DNA of 64,000 nt from a virus, in IMG/VR virus record IMGVR_UViG_3300036939_000082, positions 96,001-160,000 of that record; one strand, written 5' to 3'. Below the pieces are notes generated by a model. It was given only the letters and a program-made list of their open reading frames with translations. It made no database searches and was not told where the DNA came from. Below, one piece after another: positions 18,387 through 27,809 of this stretch. Made by a program: the position numbers and the translations under genes. Within the stretch, counting starts at the first letter, position 1, and the number at the start of each line of letters is the position of its first letter.

Positions 18387-19130
18387 TTAACTGTTTTCAG
18401 CTAACCAGCAATCAAAACTATCCCACATCCACCGATCGTATTCCATTCCCAAACTTCGGGTTTTGATCGCCAGCCTTACCTCATTTTTTATGGCAGCGCG
18501 ATCGACTGCACTTAAAAGATGCCAATTCTCTTTTGTGGTATCAATTATCAAGCTTGACTTAGAGGTTATTCTTTCAAAGCAGTATCGGATTGCAAAAATC
18601 GTTAATTCACCAAGATACGTATTTTTTGCAATTGCTATATCTAATTGTTGTGAATCACAGGTTAATTGATAAAAATCATGCCAAATCGATGGAAATCCTA
18701 TTACTCCTTCGCGCTCAATCGCTTCTTTTAAATCTTTTACTATTAGTTGTCGTTCCTTAGCTGAAATCAATTCCCAATAATATTTAATACCATCAATACA
18801 GCGATTGTTGCTTTCTGTCTGGGCGATCGGTCTTGCTGCATAGCGAAGAGCGCATATCGCAATAATACCGATTTTTGCTGGCTCTTTAGATTGAAGCTCC
18901 GATATCAACTGGTTCTCTACAAGCAAAACAATATTTGGTTCGACAGGCGGATTCAGTGTTGGAGCCTGAAAGGCATCGCCAAATATCCCCGAGAACTCCC
19001 ACAGAGATAAATCTAAAAAACCCTCTTTGTCTGTTGCCAGCTTAATATTTTTCTGTCTTAAATATTTTTTCCCAGTTTCGGTGATCTTAACTTTAACTCG
19101 ATCGTTTAGGTTTAAGTGGGTGATACTCAT
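18387..19130 (-). CDS. phage hypothetical protein: N-terminal domain plus two tandem helical repeats
   Basis: LNDRVKVKITETG...LWEFSGIFG; repeats ALRYAAR...W / AIRYCFER...W. Confidence 0.65.
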   Translation of the reverse strand: MSITHLNLNDRVKVKITETGKKYLRQKNIKLATDKEGFLDLSLWEFSGIFGDAFQAPTLNPPVEPNIVLLVENQLISELQSKEPAKIGIIAICALRYAARPIAQTESNNRCIDGIKYYWELISAKERQLIVKDLKEAIEREGVIGFPSIWHDFYQLTCDSQQLDIAIAKNTYLGELTIFAIRYCFERITSKSSLIIDTTKENWHLLSAVDRAAIKNEVRLAIKTRSLGMEYDRWMWDSFDCWLAENS

Positions 19131-19158
19131 TTTATTTGCTTTGATTTGCGTTTACTTG

Positions 19159-19167
19159 TGATATAAT
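19159..19167 (+). promoter_or_regulatory. extended -10 TGATATAAT for the 19257-19864 operon
   Basis: consensus match, divergent from 18387..19130. Confidence 0.55.
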
Positions 19168-19256
19168 ACCATATTACGTCGATCGCCCGAAAATTAATCT
19201 TTTAACTCGGGAGCGAACCGCATCTGTAGCCTTTAGATAGGAAGTATTTAAACCGT

Positions 19257-19538
19257 ATGCCAGAAGATAATACTGAATTTTCGCGAAAGCTTGAAGAGTT
19301 ATTTTCCTACCACCCGCCTAAAAACGAAGCTGAACAACAGCTTCATGCGGTAATTAATGAAGCTTCGATCGCCTACGCAAAAGCGTTAGCTGGCGTTATA
19401 AAAAATCCCGCAGAATTGACAACTGTTTTGCGGAAAGTCCAAGAAGCTAGAAATTTAGCCAACTTCGCTGTATCTTGCGAACGTGTGGGGATTTCTTACC
19501 GCGATTTGTTTTCGCCAACCACATCGAACCCACAATAA
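19257..19538 (+). CDS. small helical-hairpin protein, Acb2/Tad1-like nucleotide sponge candidate
   Basis: LFSYHPP...QLHAVINEA...AELTTVLRKVQEARNLANFAV fits the F-x-YH-x-P...E-x-s-l-a-x-t-K-l-x-EA-x-x-w-AN-x-a-i pattern. Confidence 0.55.
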   Translation: MPEDNTEFSRKLEELFSYHPPKNEAEQQLHAVINEASIAYAKALAGVIKNPAELTTVLRKVQEARNLANFAVSCERVGISYRDLFSPTTSNPQ

Positions 19539-19546
19539 GTATCGAA

Positions 19547-19864
19547 ATGTCTGATTTTCCAGTAGAAAAACAAGTTTTAACACATCATGTTGAGAATCCC
19601 TGCTCAGTTAACCGTGAATATCTGGAAAAACTGTTAAATGATTCAGTCAAAGAAGTACATATCTTTCACGGAAAACAAATGGTAGTTTCTTACTATTTGC
19701 CGTGTGGTTTTACTGTTACAGGGGAATCAAATATCATCGACCCTGAAAAATTCAACTTTGATATTGGCGAAAAACTGTGCTACGAAGTTGCAATTAAACA
19801 GCTTTGGCAATTGGAGACTTATCGAATGCAGTGCAATATGTATTCTGAGGCTGGCGTAGAATAG
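19547..19864 (+). CDS. N4 gp49/Sf6 gene 66 family protein (Acb4-like sponge candidate)
   Basis: LPCGFTVTGES..IDPEKFNFDIGEKLCYEVAIKQLWQLETY matches the Phage_gp49_66 consensus. Confidence 0.8.
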   Translation: MSDFPVEKQVLTHHVENPCSVNREYLEKLLNDSVKEVHIFHGKQMVVSYYLPCGFTVTGESNIIDPEKFNFDIGEKLCYEVAIKQLWQLETYRMQCNMYSEAGVE

Positions 19865-19873
19865 ATTATTGAG

Positions 19874-19918
19874 AAAGGAGAGGGGGCGATCATTTTAAAC
19901 GATCGCCCCCTCTCCTTT
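19874..19918. terminator. bidirectional terminator with an 18-bp stem
   Basis: aaaggagagggggcgatc / gatcgccccctctccttt between convergent genes. Confidence 0.85.
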
Positions 19919-19943
19919 AGCTATTAGCTAGCCTATCTTGCTG

Positions 19944-20516
19944 TTACTTGTTTTCGTCCGGTGGTAGAGCATTTTGACTTGCTTTTTCGCCCAAACGACG
20001 AGCTACGTCAATTGCTCGTCGAAACCCTGACCGTCGCTTAATTTCTTCAGGTTCCACCTTGATGCCCGCCATTTCCAGTCTTTCCCATTCTCGTGACTTC
20101 ATGTAGGCAATTTCCTGTTGCGTGGGCATAACAATTGGTTCTTTTATTGGAGCGCTTGATCGAGAATTTACCTGCTTAGCAATCCGTTCGCATTCCAAAA
20201 AGTAACCTCGAATCAACTTACCTTGAGGTGTTCGAGCTATCATTCCAAACTCTTTTAGGCAATTGGCTGTCAAAAAGTATAAATGGCTAGAACGCCCACC
20301 AGAAGCCTTTTTAACCTGTTGGTTATTTTGATCCTGACTGCTGAGGTTGTTTGACATAAAGACGTAATCTACGCCTTCATCGAAATAAGACTCAAGTGTG
20401 TTTAACGCTTTTTGTTTTGTCGAATATCCTAGCCAGACCCATGCTTGTGAAAAATCCACGGGAAATTGTTCAGGAGAATCCAGCAAACTTTGTGCGAGTT
20501 CTATGTTAAAATCCAT
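19944..20516 (-). CDS. phage antirepressor-type DNA-binding protein (AntA/KilA-like)
   Basis: FPVDFSQAWVWLGYSTK...FDEGVDY...GGRS..Y.LT..C.KEFGM..RTPQGKLIRGYFLECER. Confidence 0.75.
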   Translation of the reverse strand: MDFNIELAQSLLDSPEQFPVDFSQAWVWLGYSTKQKALNTLESYFDEGVDYVFMSNNLSSQDQNNQQVKKASGGRSSHLYFLTANCLKEFGMIARTPQGKLIRGYFLECERIAKQVNSRSSAPIKEPIVMPTQQEIAYMKSREWERLEMAGIKVEPEEIKRRSGFRRAIDVARRLGEKASQNALPPDENK

Positions 20517-20601
20517 GAAGCTGACCTGTGATAGAGGTTAGTGTTCCTAGGGTTTCGGTGTTAGCTGCACCAGCCCGTGAGGAACATTTTTATTATATCT
20601 T
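20517..20601 (-). promoter_or_regulatory. promoter and structured leader of the antirepressor gene
   Basis: GATATAAT, then gttcct...ggtg-cagctaa-cacc...aggaac nested hairpin. Confidence 0.5.
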
Positions 20602-20909
20602 GGCAAGCTCGGTAATTACCAATCGTCTCGTTTCAAAAAAATGGCAGTCGAACGAACCACGCATGATTTGACCGACCGATCGCCAGCTACAGTTATGCGA
20701 TCGCGTTAGGCGGAACGAGCCGAAACAGAGGGTCGCCCGATGACCAGCGAAAAAATTGCAGAAAAGTCGGGATTTGGCGAAGATTGACGGGTGTTGCGGG
20801 TGATCGGGCAAAACCGATTGAATTAATTAATCTAATTTAAAGCACAAAAAAAGCCTTTGGAAGTGTTAATTCCAAAAGCTTTTTACATCGATCTAGTGAA
20901 TAATTTGCA

Positions 20910-21347
20910 TCAACCCAGTGAATAAGTAGTTGCGTTACTGATGCAATTCAATTGGTGTAGAAGAATCTCCCAATTTGGATCGTCATAACGGATGACTATT
21001 GCGGGAACAGATTCACCGCGTAGTGGATCGAGTTTGTATGCTCTTAATGCTGCATAGCACTGAAAGTGACCCGACAGAATCTGGTAAGAAGGATTTATTT
21101 CGTCTCCCTTCCTTAGCAAGACTGGAGGAGTCACGAACCCGCCTATCTCTAAACTCTTTTGCGCTGCGTAGTTTAAATTATCTTCAGAAAATTTTAATTC
21201 AGAGTGATCGGCGGGATCAAAGTGAATTTTTTTAACTGCAACAATCGTCAAGAGTAATTTGTGCATAATTTGCGTGTTACATTGTTTTTGTTCTACAACA
21301 ATTATATCACACAATTCACTAGAAAAACTCGTATTGTTCCCAATCAA
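20910..21347 (-). CDS. ParB/Srx-like N-terminal domain protein (cyanobacterial type); possible start 21266
   Basis: VAVKKI...FSEDNL..AAQ..LEIGG.VTPPVLLR...YQILSGHFQCYAALRA...GESVPAIV. Confidence 0.65.
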   Translation of the reverse strand: MIGNNTSFSSELCDIIVVEQKQCNTQIMHKLLLTIVAVKKIHFDPADHSELKFSEDNLNYAAQKSLEIGGFVTPPVLLRKGDEINPSYQILSGHFQCYAALRAYKLDPLRGESVPAIVIRYDDPNWEILLHQLNCISNATTYSLG

Positions 21348-21355
21348 AATTTGTT

Positions 21356-21616
21356 CTATGTTTTATTCGATCTTCTTAATATTTCTTTTTTGACTTCAAT
21401 TCCTATAGTATCCACGCGATTAGACCTTCTATAAGTGTCTATCGTTTCATCATCCATTTCATCGACCCATAATGTAATTAAACTTTTGTGGAATTCAGTA
21501 GGTTGTTTTTTGTAACACAAACCTGAAAAGTCTTCTTGATTAACTACAGACTTGAATGTTTCGCAGAAAAACGCTGTCTTTAAAAGAAAACTTAAGAAAT
21601 GCTTGTTAATGCTCAT
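21356..21616 (-). CDS. hypothetical protein
   Basis: ORF only. Confidence 0.4.
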   Translation of the reverse strand: MSINKHFLSFLLKTAFFCETFKSVVNQEDFSGLCYKKQPTEFHKSLITLWVDEMDDETIDTYRRSNRVDTIGIEVKKEILRRSNKT

Positions 21617-21899
21617 AATTTTTGTTTTGTGTTTTTGACTTCAATTAATCATAACATACAAACACTAGAAAAGTTCGTACTGTGCGCGATCGCTGATAAA
21701 TTCAATTAAAGTTTCAACTGAACCTACTACCTTTAGCTCTGTTATATCATCCGTCGATAATTCCATTTTCTTTGTCAAAATATTCATTTTCGTCGCTAAA
21801 CTTTCCGATCGCGCATTCTCCACTATCTAATACAAAGATCGAGTAACCTGCTTTTAGTAATCTCAACAAAGCTTCCATCCTATCCTTCCTTTTGTCCAT

Positions 21900-23420
21900 T
21901 TATTCTTGGAAATATAATGGCGCTCCGTCCATCGCAGCCCGGGATGCTTTTTGTAGTTCAATTCCTAGGTATAAACAATGGGACGCTAGTATTCCGGGAC
22001 AAGCTTTCAGGATTTGAAAACCCAATTCCTGTGGGTCTTTTCCAGCAAAAAACTGAAGGGGTTCGTCGCCCGGGCTGGGTGAAATGTGTTCGACTTCAAT
22101 TGACTGGTTTTCGTCATTTACTGATATCAAAAAACTCCCAACAGGATCTGCAAACGATCGCGCTTCTTTTTTTGCAAGGCGATCGTACTGTTCGGCTATC
22201 AATTTATCTGCGTAGTCCCAACAGTCATCGTAAATATGAGCGCTTTGACTGATGGTGATTAGTGGTCCCATTTTTAAGTCGTAGCACGATCGCCCAGCAA
22301 TTTCATCTCGAATGTGCTGCTGCAAAGCCCGCAGTCCCATAGCATTAGCGGGCCACCCACTAAACATATCGTTGCTGCGGAAAATCGCTGTCATCGACAT
22401 TTCCTCATTGACGACTCGCACCCAAATTTGATTCAAGCAGGGACTGCCACCTAAATCGTGATCGGTCACATCCCACAGCGACATGACTGCACTAGCGGCG
22501 TCAATCTCTTCTATTAACTTTTTAATGACTTGTTCGATTTGGTCGCGTCCGCCAAACCAAGAACGGAGGCGCTGCCCGTAAGTGTATTTAACACCTTCGA
22601 CATAGGGCGCATCTTCTAAAATTTGCGATTTATATTTTTCGAGAAAAGCGCGATCGCACGACAGGTAGTTTGGTTCAGGAAAATAGAATTCTTCGGGTTC
22701 GTCAGTAACGATTGCCATCAAGTCTATTAGCTCTTGCCAGTGACCGCCATAACCTGTCGGTCGAACGGTTCCCGTGGTTTTAATGCGGTGGATGATTTTT
22801 ACCCAAGTTTCCGCGATCGTCTTGCCTTCAATCCGATGCCCGTACCGATCGCCCGGAAGAGCTTTTGGTACTTCTTGTTCTGGAACCGGATAACTCTTGG
22901 GTGCGCCCCAAGGTACAGTGTTTTTTGGCGCACTCCACGCCTCGTTAATGCAATCTTTAATTTTGCTGACAACAACCCACGATAGAGAATCTCGGAGCAG
23001 GTTTAAATCGGATTCAGGAATTTCAGCATCTATGTAACCCTTGCCTTGGAAACATAAACTGTTGCTATCTTTATTTTCTTTCCAGTCACAATTAATCACC
23101 CACGCTTCTTGTCCTAGATCGGTAACTCCGCGATCGCATCCATAGTGCAAGAACCACAGCAAAACTTCGATCGCCCCACTATTTCGATCTGCCTCGGTCG
23201 CGTTCAACAATACCAAATGCCTGATTTGCGGATTTGCCAACAAGTTTCTTACCAAGAAGCTAATACCGCGAGTGGGGGAATACAGTTGCCCGATCGCCCC
23301 GTAGTCTTGTAGACTTAATTTTTCTTTAATGACCTTGGCTGGCGTCCACCCGGTAATTACCGCAACATTTCCACTACCGCAACTGATTTGGTTTTGTTTG
23401 GCGATCGGATTGTATTTCAT
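21900..23420 (-). CDS. thyA: thymidylate synthase with MtrA-like N-terminal and DUF4346-like C-terminal domains
   Basis: YTYGQRLR, GGSPCL (catalytic Cys), FRSNDM, WPAN (Asn, dUMP type), SAHIYDD. Confidence 0.8.
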   Translation of the reverse strand: MKYNPIAKQNQISCGSGNVAVITGWTPAKVIKEKLSLQDYGAIGQLYSPTRGISFLVRNLLANPQIRHLVLLNATEADRNSGAIEVLLWFLHYGCDRGVTDLGQEAWVINCDWKENKDSNSLCFQGKGYIDAEIPESDLNLLRDSLSWVVVSKIKDCINEAWSAPKNTVPWGAPKSYPVPEQEVPKALPGDRYGHRIEGKTIAETWVKIIHRIKTTGTVRPTGYGGHWQELIDLMAIVTDEPEEFYFPEPNYLSCDRAFLEKYKSQILEDAPYVEGVKYTYGQRLRSWFGGRDQIEQVIKKLIEEIDAASAVMSLWDVTDHDLGGSPCLNQIWVRVVNEEMSMTAIFRSNDMFSGWPANAMGLRALQQHIRDEIAGRSCYDLKMGPLITISQSAHIYDDCWDYADKLIAEQYDRLAKKEARSFADPVGSFLISVNDENQSIEVEHISPSPGDEPLQFFAGKDPQELGFQILKACPGILASHCLYLGIELQKASRAAMDGAPLYFQE

Positions 23421-23435
23421 TGTTTGTGCTTGTGT

Positions 23436-23672
23436 TTAGTTTAAATTGTTGGTTGCATAAAGCATTCCTCGTTCAACTCGAATCATCCCGTGTACTTGCC
23501 AAAACTCAACAGCATTTTTGATTTTCCAATCTGGAGTATTTAACAATTGAGCAAGAATGATTTGATTTGGAGGGATTGGGGCGATCGACACAAGTTCCAA
23601 GACTTTTCTGTAGAGGTGTCGATCGCCCATCGCGACTGAATCCATTAAACGCAATGGTAGATCGCTTTTCAA
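23436..23672 (-). CDS. small winged-helix protein
   Basis: PPNQIILAQLLNTPDWKIKNAVEFWQVHGMIRVERG. Confidence 0.5.
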   Translation of the reverse strand: MKSDLPLRLMDSVAMGDRHLYRKVLELVSIAPIPPNQIILAQLLNTPDWKIKNAVEFWQVHGMIRVERGMLYATNNLN

Positions 23673-23674
23673 TT

Positions 23675-26104
23675 TTAGAAGCCTCCCGGTATTTCTTCTG
23701 TAATTTCCATTGGTCTTGTTTTCGGAGACTGCAATTTTGCTTTTTGGGTAGAAGGTTTTGAGGGCTTTGCTAACGACTCAAAGTCGATCAAGTTTCTGCA
23801 TTTAAAGCGATCGACCAATATTATAGCGTTAACTTGTTTTTGCCCTCCTCCGTCGTACATCGCTTGTAACTCGCTCGCACTAAATACGTCCGTCAGCGGA
23901 ATTGCGTTTGTCTCTAAATACGCTATTCCGTTTTGGACTTGATAACCACAAAGCCATTCTTTGATTGTTTCTACCGAGTAAATGCTACTACTAGGATCGT
24001 CTTTAATCTTAGTAGTAATTTTTGCTTCTTCGCTTACTGCCTGAGTTTTAGACTTAGATATCCCGACTTCGATTGCAGCAATATCTTCTTTTGTTAGAAG
24101 GAGTTCTGCTATCACTTTCAACCTAGTTTCAATTTTTTCTAGGGCTGACAAATTTCCTTCTCGGTAATATCCAGCTATCTTGTCTAGTTCGCAGGAGCAG
24201 TCGATCGCCCGGTCTATAATCGCATCTGCTTCCTTTTGACTGGGGACAACAGATCGGACAATTACCTGAGCATCGGCTGCATTCTTGAAATAATAGAGGC
24301 ACAACCATTCTTTGCCGGAAACTGACGCCAGATAATCCGCAAGTTGAGGAAATTCAACTGACATTTCCTTGAGTACGGATTGAACTTTAGATCCATCTTC
24401 GATCGCCCGATATCCCTTTAACAGCAATTCATCTGCCTTGGTTATCTCTCCTTCCGAGAAAGTTATCTCAACTCTTTCAGCTTCTGGTTCTTGGATTTCA
24501 GGTTGAGACAGCGCTTTTAGATCGAGCCTTAATCTATACAGCTTTGTTTTGGCATTGTTTACTGCTTTTATTTCACTCTCGCACTGCTTTTTTACGGCGT
24601 TACTTATTGTAGCTAAGGCTGGATCTACGCCTAATTCTTTTTTCTTAGCTTCGAGGACATCTACCGCTTTCTGATACTCGACCTCAGCTTCTGCTACTTT
24701 GTCTTCTAGGGTTAGCGGGGTCGGCACCGCAGGTAGTGTTTCTGTCAAATCTTTCTGGGCGAACCGATCTATATCCAGCTCGACTGTGCGATCTTTGTCT
24801 ACTGGTTCAATAAGAACAACCGGGTTTTCGATTTCAACAACTGAACAATCGCTTTTTTCGAGAGGCAGGGATTTGACGTAACTGCGCAAAATTAAATTTT
24901 GGGTTTCGTCTGGCTGAGCCTTAAAAATTTCTACTTTCTCTTCAACCGGAAGTCCTAGGAACGCTTCAAGCGAGAGCTTGGGCTGCATTTCTGCTGCGGC
25001 GAATTCTTGACCGTCTTTGTAAGCCTTGCCTACTTCTTTTGTTAGCTCGTCAATTTGCTTCTGAAGAACTTGCGCTGTTTCCGTTTTAGCCTTTTCCACA
25101 GCCAAGGAAACCTTCTCTGCGTTACCAGACTCATCCAAGAGATACAAAAGCTCGGGGATTGGACTACCTTTTTTACCTTTAATGATTTGCTTTTTCGGCA
25201 CTTCTACTAAGCGACCGTCCAATAGCAACACCAAAGCCTTATCATCGGCAAGAAGGGCTTTAAATATTCCGCACCTGTTGTAGTGTTCAACTTCATCTCC
25301 CTGTATCAAACAGGGTTCGTGTAACTTGGGAGCTTTTTGTTCTTTGAGAGCGACGGTTCCGCGCGGGATTTCTTTCTCTTCCCCGGAACAATCAACCCTT
25401 ACTTTTATTGAATCAGTGTCGGGACAGTAATCGACAACTTCTGCTCGATATGTGGCGTGGTTTTCCTTGAATTCGACGCGATCGCAGTCGGGAACGGAAT
25501 GCAATTTTATCAGTCTTCCTATGTCCGAGGGTTTAACGCCGTTCTTTTCGACACCATCTTTTTCCTTGATGGTAATTTCGACCAGTTCGGCTAATATACT
25601 TCCTGCCACATCAATTTTTTTGGCGATCGGATCTTGTAGCACCCCTGGGAATTGGACTTTTGACAAAGTATCTGGAAGTTTGTCCATGATTGCATTTGCC
25701 GTGTCAAAACCCGTGTTTCCAAGAATGAAGTGAATGTCCTCTTCTACATCTTCAAGCTGCTGCGTGTAGTCCCACAGTCTGCGACCTTTCTCTATATCTT
25801 TCCGCAGCGCTGGGCTAAAATTCTGTTTGATAAATCTTTGAGCTTGTTTGGTTTCTTGAGAGGCTTCTGCCAAATTCAAAATTCTGCGAGAAACTTTTCC
25901 TATTTTCAAGAAATGTTCTTTAACCGTTTCTATTACCTGTGCTGTATCCGCAGCGATGGTTGCGAGCAATTGTTCTGCGTCGATCGTCCAGTCTTGAACT
26001 GGATTTAACTCGGAAACAACAGGGGAGGCTACTTGACAATCGAGTTCGATATCCTTCATAATATTACCTGAATGTCTTTTTTTTCTGCGGAGTCGCTCCT
26101 CCAA
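23675..26104 (-). CDS. large coiled-coil hypothetical protein with two SH3/KOW-like segments (likely start MKDIELD)
   Basis: 809-aa ORF; GDEVEH...GIF...ALVLLLDGRLVEVPKKQI. Confidence 0.6.
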   Translation of the reverse strand: MEERLRRKKRHSGNIMKDIELDCQVASPVVSELNPVQDWTIDAEQLLATIAADTAQVIETVKEHFLKIGKVSRRILNLAEASQETKQAQRFIKQNFSPALRKDIEKGRRLWDYTQQLEDVEEDIHFILGNTGFDTANAIMDKLPDTLSKVQFPGVLQDPIAKKIDVAGSILAELVEITIKEKDGVEKNGVKPSDIGRLIKLHSVPDCDRVEFKENHATYRAEVVDYCPDTDSIKVRVDCSGEEKEIPRGTVALKEQKAPKLHEPCLIQGDEVEHYNRCGIFKALLADDKALVLLLDGRLVEVPKKQIIKGKKGSPIPELLYLLDESGNAEKVSLAVEKAKTETAQVLQKQIDELTKEVGKAYKDGQEFAAAEMQPKLSLEAFLGLPVEEKVEIFKAQPDETQNLILRSYVKSLPLEKSDCSVVEIENPVVLIEPVDKDRTVELDIDRFAQKDLTETLPAVPTPLTLEDKVAEAEVEYQKAVDVLEAKKKELGVDPALATISNAVKKQCESEIKAVNNAKTKLYRLRLDLKALSQPEIQEPEAERVEITFSEGEITKADELLLKGYRAIEDGSKVQSVLKEMSVEFPQLADYLASVSGKEWLCLYYFKNAADAQVIVRSVVPSQKEADAIIDRAIDCSCELDKIAGYYREGNLSALEKIETRLKVIAELLLTKEDIAAIEVGISKSKTQAVSEEAKITTKIKDDPSSSIYSVETIKEWLCGYQVQNGIAYLETNAIPLTDVFSASELQAMYDGGGQKQVNAIILVDRFKCRNLIDFESLAKPSKPSTQKAKLQSPKTRPMEITEEIPGGF

Positions 26105-26171
26105 GAGCGCCCGCTTTTTTTTAGTCTACCAGAATGCCCTAAAAAGATCCACTAATCATACTTAAAATTTG

Positions 26172-27134
26172 CTATGGCTTGAGCAGCCCGATTGCCATTA
26201 AATCGTCAATTAAGGCTTTCAGGCTCTCTGCCAGCCTTGCTGTCGTGACTGTGGATGTTACGAAACTTTGACGGTTGGGGTTTCCTGTAGGCGAAACCCA
26301 CCCCATAGCCGACGGGTTGCTGCCGGAGATTACGCGCCCGTAGGCATCAACCACAACTCTTCCGTATGTAGCTGGCGTCACTCCAGTAATTGCCAAGTCG
26401 ATCGCGTCCGGCGCAACAGCAATCCGAGAGCTAGAGGCGCTCACAACTTCTAAAGCTTGTCCGGAATTGATTAACCCGTTACCCCCGATTAGCTGTCCCG
26501 CAGCCGAAACTTGAGTGAAAGTTAGGGGTGTGGTGTTGAGGGAGATCGTCCCGGAAGTGATTAGCGCAAATCCCCGGTTCCTGTTTACCACCCCTTCAGA
26601 AACAAAGCAGTACATCCCTTTCAGAACTAGACCCGAAGTGTTGGCGTCGGTTGCTCTAGTTAAAGTCCAGGCAACAGTAGCAGACCCAATATTGGTAACG
26701 GTGTAAATTCCATTTTGCAGTGCTGAAGTTTGGTTCCAAACCAATACCCGATCGCCCAAAGCTAGCGGAATTGTGTCAATGGTAACAACTGACAGCGCGC
26801 CCGTATTGGTAAGTACGTTGTTTGCGAAGGATGCAGCGAGATTTCCGGTAGTGGCAACCCTGACGGAAGCTTTGATATCCAGTCCGGACAGGGCGACATC
26901 TATATTGACTTCTGTCTGAGTCAACCGTTTCTGAAGCTCGACGATTGCCGCTGCGTTTGCAACTACCGCCTCGGTCAAAACTTCTCTAGCTAAAGGGAAT
27001 CCGCCAGCCTGAATTCCATCGTGAACTACGGCTGTCTTTTTTTGGGTGTCTACAGTGATCTGTCCTTCTAAACCTTTAAAGACTTGGTTTTTAGCGGTAT
27101 CTCCCCGGAAATGTTTGACAATGCCGATACTCAT
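26172..27134 (-). CDS. tail/head fibre protein with Mtd-N-like N-terminus
   Basis: FRGDT...GQITVDT.KKTAVVHDG..AGGFPLA; ATTGNL...ID...GDRVLV.NQ...NGIY...WTL.RATDA. Confidence 0.8.
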   Translation of the reverse strand: MSIGIVKHFRGDTAKNQVFKGLEGQITVDTQKKTAVVHDGIQAGGFPLAREVLTEAVVANAAAIVELQKRLTQTEVNIDVALSGLDIKASVRVATTGNLAASFANNVLTNTGALSVVTIDTIPLALGDRVLVWNQTSALQNGIYTVTNIGSATVAWTLTRATDANTSGLVLKGMYCFVSEGVVNRNRGFALITSGTISLNTTPLTFTQVSAAGQLIGGNGLINSGQALEVVSASSSRIAVAPDAIDLAITGVTPATYGRVVVDAYGRVISGSNPSAMGWVSPTGNPNRQSFVTSTVTTARLAESLKALIDDLMAIGLLKP

Positions 27135-27329
27135 TTAGAGTTCTCCTCCATCAATTGTTGTATCGCCCAAGTCCAAAAAGTTTACAATTTGATTTCCTTG
27201 CTGCGACACTACTTGAGCCAGCAATTTTCGCACCAATTCGGCGTGAACTTCGGAATTAGGCGCGATCGGTTGAATGTTAGGAGTAGAATTGCCCGTGAGG
27301 TCGATCGACACGATTGATGGAACTAGCAT
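27135..27329 (-). CDS. small fibre-associated protein ending TIDGGEL
   Basis: shared C-terminal motif; stop abuts the next ATG. Confidence 0.55.
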   Translation of the reverse strand: MLVPSIVSIDLTGNSTPNIQPIAPNSEVHAELVRKLLAQVVSQQGNQIVNFLDLGDTTIDGGEL

Positions 27330-27443
27330 TGTATCACCCCGCTAATAACAGCGAACAAACTTTGGCGGACAAAATTATTGACGATTCTTTTATCTTTCCA
27401 AAAACATTATTTTTTGTCATTTTACTTCTTTTAGTGCAGGCAT

Positions 27444-27656
27444 TTAAAGCACTCCGCCGTCTAACGTGATATCTTGAAATATGTTGTCAATACCTTGAAT
27501 GTCTGTCATGTCGTGAAGATGTACGGCATTTGCTTTTGCAGACAAATCAGTCTCGAGTTTTCCTACCGTAACAACCGAATTAGGAGTATTTAATTGCTCT
27601 ACATTTTCGATAGGATTTCCGTCCATATCGATGGCAGCGCCAAAAGTTATTGCCAT
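27444..27656 (-). CDS. small fibre-associated protein ending TLDGGVL
   Basis: IDMDGNPIENV...HLHDMTDIQG (phage fibre repeat-like). Confidence 0.6.
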   Translation of the reverse strand: MAITFGAAIDMDGNPIENVEQLNTPNSVVTVGKLETDLSAKANAVHLHDMTDIQGIDNIFQDITLDGGVL

Positions 27657-27809
27657 AGAAATCGGTTGTTCGTTTCAAATAAAACTACTGTCTGCGTTAA
27701 CTGCTCGTTATGCAAAAAAAGTACAAATACTTAGAAATACCTTAATACTCGTGTTTGCATCATTTTTTTAGTTGACGCCCAAGCTGTACAGGGAAGCACA
27801 AGATTTAGA

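Noticed and set aside
20602-20820. GC-richer non-coding stretch upstream of the antirepressor
   Set aside because: No convincing ORF, repeat or stable structure could be supported by eye.
21310-21700. Short dispersed repeats (cactagaaaa..cgta.tgt; tttttgacttcaatt)
   Set aside because: Real but short and irregular; probably local rearrangement scars.
21900-23420. ThyA as a dCMP hydroxymethylase for base modification
   Set aside because: Asn rather than Asp at the specificity position, and the domain layout matches ordinary cyanobacterial ThyA.
27334-27420. 28-codon minus-strand ORF between the small fibre genes
   Set aside because: Too short, no recognisable motif or RBS.
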